A stretch of 64,000 bases of DNA. Origin: an uncultured Acidobacteriota bacterium. Lineage in GTDB: Bacteria > Acidobacteriota > Thermoanaerobaculia > Gp7-AA8. The position numbers and the translations under genes are program-made. Every line of letters starts with the position of its first letter. Position 1 is the first letter of the stretch. Shown here in pieces: positions 58,876 to 64,000 of this stretch. Below the pieces are notes generated by a model. That model searched no databases and was not told the origin of the DNA. It was given only the letters and a program-made list of their open reading frames with translations. The stretch is taken from NCBI GenBank assembly GCA_963822445.1, contig CAWGHO010000001.1, positions 608,001 to 672,000 of the forward strand, given 5' to 3'.

Positions 58876-60279
58876 CTATCGGCCGGCCGGCGCGGACGCC
58901 ATCGCGCTCCACACCTCGAGGATCGCCGCCGCGCTGCGCTCGATGTCCGCTTCAGTGGTTGCCCAGTTCGAGACGGACACGCGCATGGCCGCCTTGCCCT
59001 GCCAGGTCGTTCCGCCGAGCCAGCACGTTCCCTCGTTCTGAACGCCGGTGACGACCGCGCGCGTGAGCTCGTCATCGTCGCCGAAGCGAACCAGCACCTG
59101 ATTGAGGACGACGTCGTTGAGGATCTCGACGCCCGGCGCGGTGCGAAGCGAATCGGCCATCTGCGCCGCGAGGATTGAACAGCGATCGATCAGCTCTTCC
59201 ACGCCGCGCGTGCCGAGGTTGCGCAGCGCGGCGTAAACCGGAATGCCGCGGGCGCGGCGCGAAAACTCGGGGACCCAATCGACGGCGTCGCGCTCGACGC
59301 CGCTGGTCTGGACGAGATACGCGGCGGTCGACGTCATCGACGCGCGGTGGTCGATGGCGTGCCTGACGATGGCAACGCCGCAGTCGTAAGGCACGTTCAG
59401 CCACTTGTGCGCGTCCGTCGCCCAGGAATCCGCGAGCTCGATCCCGTCCGCGAGATGCGCGAACCGCTTGCTCGCTCTTGCCCACAGTCCGAACGCTCCA
59501 TCCACATGCAGCCAGGCGTTGTGCTCCTTCGCGATCTCGCCGATCTCGCGAAGCGGATCGAACGCGCCGGTGTTCACGTTGCCGGCCTGCGCGCAGATGA
59601 TGGTCGGGCCGCTGAGGTTATCGAGCAGACGGCGCAGACGGTCGGCGCGCATGCGACCCTGATCGTCGGTCTCGACGCGCAGCAGATGCCGCGTGCCGAA
59701 GCCGAGGTAGCGCATCGCCACGTCGATGGTCACGTGCGATTCCGCGCTGGCGACGAGGTTGATCCGCGGCGCGCCGATCAACCCTTCTTCTTCCACGTCC
59801 CAGCCGATCCGGCGCAGCATGCCGTGACGTGCCGCCGCCAGGGCCGTGAAGTTCGCCATCTGGCATCCGGTGACGAATCCGAGGCCGGAGTCGCGGGGGA
59901 GATCGAAGAGGTCGAGGAGATATTCGCGGGCGACGTCTTCGATGACGGAGCTCAACGGCGAAGTCGCGTAGATGCCGGGGTTCTGGTCCCACGTGCTGAC
60001 CAGCCAGTCCGTGGCCAGGGAGACCGGGAGACTGCCGCCGATCACGAAGCCGAAGAAGCGCGGTCCGGCGCAGGCGAGCGCACCGCGATCGGCCTGCGAC
60101 GCGACCGCGTCGAGAACCGCTGCCGCTTCCTCACCATCGCGGCTGAGAGGCACACGCAGCGCGGACAGGAGCTCGGCGCGAGTGGTGCGCGCGCCGACGT
60201 GACGCTCGGGAAGCGCGCGGAGAAACTCGAAGGCGTGGTCGCGAGCCCGATTCAGCAGCGGCTCGTCAGTGATGTTCAT
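58876..60279 (-). CDS. Group II PLP-dependent amino-acid decarboxylase
   Basis: PRFFGFVIGG, GNVNTG, HVDGAFG, DAHKWL. Confidence 0.92.
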   Translation of the reverse strand: MNITDEPLLNRARDHAFEFLRALPERHVGARTTRAELLSALRVPLSRDGEEAAAVLDAVASQADRGALACAGPRFFGFVIGGSLPVSLATDWLVSTWDQNPGIYATSPLSSVIEDVAREYLLDLFDLPRDSGLGFVTGCQMANFTALAAARHGMLRRIGWDVEEEGLIGAPRINLVASAESHVTIDVAMRYLGFGTRHLLRVETDDQGRMRADRLRRLLDNLSGPTIICAQAGNVNTGAFDPLREIGEIAKEHNAWLHVDGAFGLWARASKRFAHLADGIELADSWATDAHKWLNVPYDCGVAIVRHAIDHRASMTSTAAYLVQTSGVERDAVDWVPEFSRRARGIPVYAALRNLGTRGVEELIDRCSILAAQMADSLRTAPGVEILNDVVLNQVLVRFGDDDELTRAVVTGVQNEGTCWLGGTTWQGKAAMRVSVSNWATTEADIERSAAAILEVWSAMASAPAGR

Positions 60280-60337
60280 GGCTCGGAACATAGTGATACA
60301 CTCCTGTACCGTCAAGTATGACATAAACGCTATGACA
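60280..60337. promoter_or_regulatory. Divergent promoter with candidate MocR operator
   Basis: AT-rich; direct repeat TATGACA at 60317 and 60331; GATACA/TGTACC near-inverted pair. Confidence 0.5.
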
Positions 60338-61666
60338 ATCTGGTCACCGCGGCTATCCGAATCCGATGCGCCGATCTATCGCCGCATCGCGGATGCCCTC
60401 GAGCGGGACGTGCGCACGGGCATGCTGGTCGGCGGCAGTCAGCTTCCCACCCATCGCCAGCTCGCACGCACGTTGGAGATCACGCCGGTCACCGTGACCA
60501 GAGCGTATGCCGAAGCGGCGCGGCGGGGGTTGATCGAGTCGTCGACGGGACGGGGGACGTTCGTCAGGCCCGCCCGCATCACCCAGGCGCCGTCGACCGA
60601 CATCGATCTGGCCACGAACACGGTCATCGTTCCGCTCCCCTACCCGACGAGACATGTACTCGAGCGCGCCGCCGATTCGCTCGTGCATTCATCGTACGCT
60701 ACCGGTCCCGGCAGCGAGCGCCATCGCGCCGCGGGTGCGGCATGGATCGGCAGGCGCACCGATCCCTCGCGCGTGCTCGTCACCGCCGGAACGCAACACG
60801 CGCTCTTGCTCGCCCTCTCCGCCACGGCACGCGCCGGCGAAACGATCCTCTGCGAATCGGTGACCTACCACGGCGCGAAAGCAGCCGCCGCCCTCCTCGG
60901 CATCCGCCTCGAAGGCGTGGCCATGGATCGTCACGGAGTCCTTCCCGACGCGCTGGAGAAAGCTGCGCGCGGCAAAGCCTCGAAAGTGCTGTACACGATC
61001 CCATCGCTGCAGAATCCGACCGGTTCGGTGATGCCGGAGAAACGCCGCCGCGACATCGCCGCCGTCGCCGAAAAGCACGGGCTCACGATCATCGAGGACG
61101 ACGTCTGCGGCTTCCTCCTCGAACAAACACCGCCTCCGATCGCCGCGTTCGCCCCCGACCGCACGATCTTCATCACCGGTCTGGGCAAGGCCATCGCCCC
61201 GGGGCTGCGCGTCGGTTACTTCACCGCCTCGGAACCGCTGATCGCAGCGCGCGCAGACCACGCTCGCCGCGAGCATCCTCTTCGCCTCGCCCGTCCTCGC
61301 CGAGCTGGCGGCGACGTGGATCGAGGACGGAACGGCGATGCGCATCGTCGCGCAGAAGCGTTCCGAGGTCGTGATGCGCAACGCGCTGCGCGAAGGATCC
61401 TTGGCAACCGCACCGGCGCGAGCGATCCCCGCTCGTCGCATCTTTGGATCGAGCTGGCCAAGCGGTGGAATCCCGATGCCTTCGCGGACGAGGCCCGTCG
61501 CCGCCGGATGCGCGTCGCCAGCGCCAGTTCGTTCGCGGTGACCGGCGAGATCCCTCGCGCGATCCGCTTGAGCATCGGCGCGCCGGCATCGGTTGCCGAG
61601 CTCGAAAACGGACTGCACATCCTCAGCGGCATCGAGGAGCAGCGCCGCGCGGAGCCGGTGGTATGA
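60332..61666 (+). CDS. MocR/GabR family GntR-aminotransferase regulator (compensating frameshifts ~61245-61390)
   Basis: LPTHRQLA..TVTRAY..GRGTFV; LQNPTG, IIEDD, GKAIAPGLRVG. Confidence 0.88.
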   Translation: MTIWSPRLSESDAPIYRRIADALERDVRTGMLVGGSQLPTHRQLARTLEITPVTVTRAYAEAARRGLIESSTGRGTFVRPARITQAPSTDIDLATNTVIVPLPYPTRHVLERAADSLVHSSYATGPGSERHRAAGAAWIGRRTDPSRVLVTAGTQHALLLALSATARAGETILCESVTYHGAKAAAALLGIRLEGVAMDRHGVLPDALEKAARGKASKVLYTIPSLQNPTGSVMPEKRRRDIAAVAEKHGLTIIEDDVCGFLLEQTPPPIAAFAPDRTIFITGLGKAIAPGLRVGYFTASEPLIAARADHARREHPLRLARPRRAGGDVDRGRNGDAHRRAEAFRGRDAQRAARRILGNRTGASDPRSSHLWIELAKRWNPDAFADEARRRRMRVASASSFAVTGEIPRAIRLSIGAPASVAELENGLHILSGIEEQRRAEPVV

Positions 61667-62091
61667 CGGTCGAGGTCAGCACCGACAAAGCGCGGCTGGA
61701 CTTCGAGACGATCTACCGCTTTCTCAGCGAGGATTCGTACTGGGCGAAGGGCATCGCCCGCGACGTGGTCGAGCGCTCGATCGAGAACGCTGTCTGTTTC
61801 GGAGCGTACGACGGCGCGAAGCAGGTCGGGTTCGCGCGGGTCATCACCGATTTCGCGACCTTCGCGTACGTCGGCGACGTCTTCGTCCTCCCTTCGCACC
61901 GCGGCCAGGGCGTTTCGAAGGCGATCATGGCCGCGATCCGCGAGCATCCGAAGCTTCAGCGGCTGCGGCGATGGCATCTCGTGACGCACGACGCGCAGGG
62001 CTTGTACGCGCAGTTCGGCTTTCGGGAGCTGCGCTATCCGGAGCGGCATATGGAGAGCGTAACGCCGTATTCGACGGTGTCATCGGGATGA
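61663..62091 (+). CDS. GNAT acetyltransferase
   Basis: SYWA, QVGFARVITD, HRGQGVS, LYAQFGF; ATGA overlap. Confidence 0.92.
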   Translation: MTVEVSTDKARLDFETIYRFLSEDSYWAKGIARDVVERSIENAVCFGAYDGAKQVGFARVITDFATFAYVGDVFVLPSHRGQGVSKAIMAAIREHPKLQRLRRWHLVTHDAQGLYAQFGFRELRYPERHMESVTPYSTVSSG

Positions 62092-63615
62092 CGCCAGCAG
62101 ATTCGCCAGAGTCGCCTTCAGCGTCTCCACCGGAACCGGCTTCCTGAGAATCTCGTCGGGCGGCAGCTCACCGCGAGGCTCTTCGTCGTTCGCGCGCATG
62201 AGCAGGACCACGCGGATGTGCGCGGTTTTCTCCTGCGACTTGAGAAGCTGGCAAAGCTCGCGGCCATCCATCTTGGGCATGCTCGTCTCGGCGATGACCA
62301 CCTCGGGCTGCCGGACGATCGCAACCCGCAGCGCCTCCAGTCCATCGGCCGCGGTCACGACCTCGTAGCCGGCGCGCTCGAGACTCGCGCCGGCCGTTGC
62401 GCGGATGTCCGCGTCCGGATGGACGATCATCACCCGCGGACGTACGGGCTGCGGCGCGACGGCCGCGCGAAGGCGATCGATCTCCGCCTGCGCCGCCGCG
62501 CGCGTTTCCGCGAGGAGCGTTTCCGCATCGCGCAGCTTGACGGCCTCCTCCTCATACTTCCGCTGCAGCGTGGTGAGCTTCACCCCGACCGCCCGGAGCT
62601 CCGCCTTCGCCTCTTCCTTTTCGCTGAGGGCCTGGCCCAGGTCGGCCTCGTGGTCGGACGCGAGATGAGTGACGATGGTCTGCAGCTTCTTGTCGAACTC
62701 GCGCGCCTCTTCCTCCAGCGTTTCCGCCCGCTGACGTTCCGCCGCGGCATCCGCGGCGGCCTGTCGCTGCAACGTCCGCGTCTCGCTGAGCGCGCGCCGA
62801 AGCTCCTCGACCTCGCTGACCGGCGTCGCCGCGGCGACAGCCTTCTCCAGCTCGGCGATGCGCGCGCGCAGGGCGGTGGCGTCGCGCTGCAGGCGCTCGC
62901 TCTCGTGCACGGACAGCTCGAGCTCCGCGAGCCGTCCCGCCATCGTCGCCGACTCTTCCCGAGCCTCGGCCAGCAGCCGCTCCGCATCCGCGCGCAGGCC
63001 GCGTTCGCGATCCGCGCGTGCCCGGCCTTCTTCGGCGATCTTCAACGCCCAGTCGCGATCGTTCTCGAACTGGCGGATGCGCGCTTCCATGGCCTCGAGC
63101 TCCGCGGAATGGCTGCGAGTGCGATCGGCGAGGTCGACTTCGCGTCCGCGCGATGCGTTCAGATCGGCGATCGCCGTCCGCAGCTCGTTCCGCAACTCGT
63201 CGATCGCCGCCAGGACCTCGGCGTTATCGGTCACGTGAGCGACCGCCGACGTTTCCAGCAGCGGAGGCATCACCGGAAAGACCGGCTCGCGCTTGCGCTG
63301 ACTCACGCGCACGAAGCCGCGAATGACGGCGCCGGCGACGGCCACGCCCAATCCCGCCGCGGCCGGGATGATGATTGCGCTCGACAACGCGTCCGCCCGC
63401 GGCATGAACAGCAGTGCGTAAAACGCGATGGAGAGAATGCCCGCGGCGATGCCCAGGAGGATGCTGTCCATTAGGGCGACCAGGGCGACGGCGGCCAGGT
63501 AGAGGTAGAGCGGCTCGTAACGCGGCACCGCGGACGCGATGACGTCATTCAGGCCGGTGACGATGATGACGATCGCCGCCGCTCTCAGCGTGATCAGGAT
63601 GCCGCGGTTCTGCAT
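62080..63615 (-). CDS. Four-TM, coiled-coil, pseudo-receiver protein
   Basis: DUF4118-like TM block, ~250-aa coiled coil, receiver with VHPD and AETSMP. Confidence 0.8.
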   Translation of the reverse strand: MQNRGILITLRAAAIVIIVTGLNDVIASAVPRYEPLYLYLAAVALVALMDSILLGIAAGILSIAFYALLFMPRADALSSAIIIPAAAGLGVAVAGAVIRGFVRVSQRKREPVFPVMPPLLETSAVAHVTDNAEVLAAIDELRNELRTAIADLNASRGREVDLADRTRSHSAELEAMEARIRQFENDRDWALKIAEEGRARADRERGLRADAERLLAEAREESATMAGRLAELELSVHESERLQRDATALRARIAELEKAVAAATPVSEVEELRRALSETRTLQRQAAADAAAERQRAETLEEEAREFDKKLQTIVTHLASDHEADLGQALSEKEEAKAELRAVGVKLTTLQRKYEEEAVKLRDAETLLAETRAAAQAEIDRLRAAVAPQPVRPRVMIVHPDADIRATAGASLERAGYEVVTAADGLEALRVAIVRQPEVVIAETSMPKMDGRELCQLLKSQEKTAHIRVVLLMRANDEEPRGELPPDEILRKPVPVETLKATLANLLASSR

Positions 63616-63642
63616 TCGGGAACGCGTCGATGATACGCGTTC

Positions 63643-63671
63643 GGGAGGACGGGGCAGATGCCCGTCCTCCC
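63643..63671. terminator. GC-rich hairpin (terminator or REP-like)
   Basis: GGGAGGACGGGGCA/TGCCCGTCCTCCC. Confidence 0.5.
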
Positions 63672-63682
63672 ACGGATGCGGA

Positions 63683-64000
63683 TCAGTTGACGGTTACGGT
63701 GGCGGTATTGCTGTTCACGACCGAGGTCGTGCAGGTCGAGCTGCTGACGCGGACCCAGTAGCGGTACGTGCCCTTCTTCGAGTGCTGAATGGTGAGCGTG
63801 CTGTTGGTCGCGCCGGCGATGGGAGAGGACGTATCGCCGGAGAAGCCGTTGTACCACTGGTATTGCAGCGTCGGCGTGCCCGTGGCAACGACCGACAGCG
63901 TGCGCGGCGAGTTGCGCGGCATGGTGACGTTTGCCGGCTGCGTGCTGATAGCAGTCGCCGGATTCGCGGCGACGGTATGCGTCGCGCTCTGACGCGCGCA
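63683..64000 (-). CDS. C-terminal end of an Ig-domain protein (truncated by window)
   Basis: Frame open to the window edge; ISTQP, YQWY.G..GDTSSPIAGAT, YWVRV. Confidence 0.85.
   Translation of the reverse strand, partial: CARQSATHTVAANPATAISTQPANVTMPRNSPRTLSVVATGTPTLQYQWYNGFSGDTSSPIAGATNSTLTIQHSKKGTYRYWVRVSSSTCTTSVVNSNTATVTVN

Overview
GC-rich bacterial chromosome segment with about 50 genes. Protein style suggests Acidobacteriota (Thermoanaerobaculia-like); this is inference and unverified. Content: c-di-GMP and two-component signalling genes, dnaE, a B12 radical SAM enzyme, many secreted or surface proteins (including a ~3,240-aa adhesin with 24 x 79-aa repeats), hydrolases, a solitary tyrosine recombinase and a MocR/decarboxylase pair. 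The standout is a complete IS110-family element (1264-2804) that can be decoded from sequence alone. It sits at a CC core inside one arm of a 49-bp palindrome. Its joined ends would form a TTGACA-17bp-TATAGC promoter. Its left end encodes a two-loop bridge RNA whose guides match both the insertion site (CCGCC|GGAGG) and the element's own donor junction (CTCAGATGT-CC-TATAG). Other signals: a shared triple-repeat C-terminal module and an RRR[AS][VI]R tail on secreted proteins, a DnaE insertion with a second clamp-binding-like motif, hairpins built from short tandem repeats, and frequent near-leaderless promoter geometry. Three genes carry frameshifts that are probably sequencing or assembly errors. 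No rRNA, tRNA or CRISPR array was seen.
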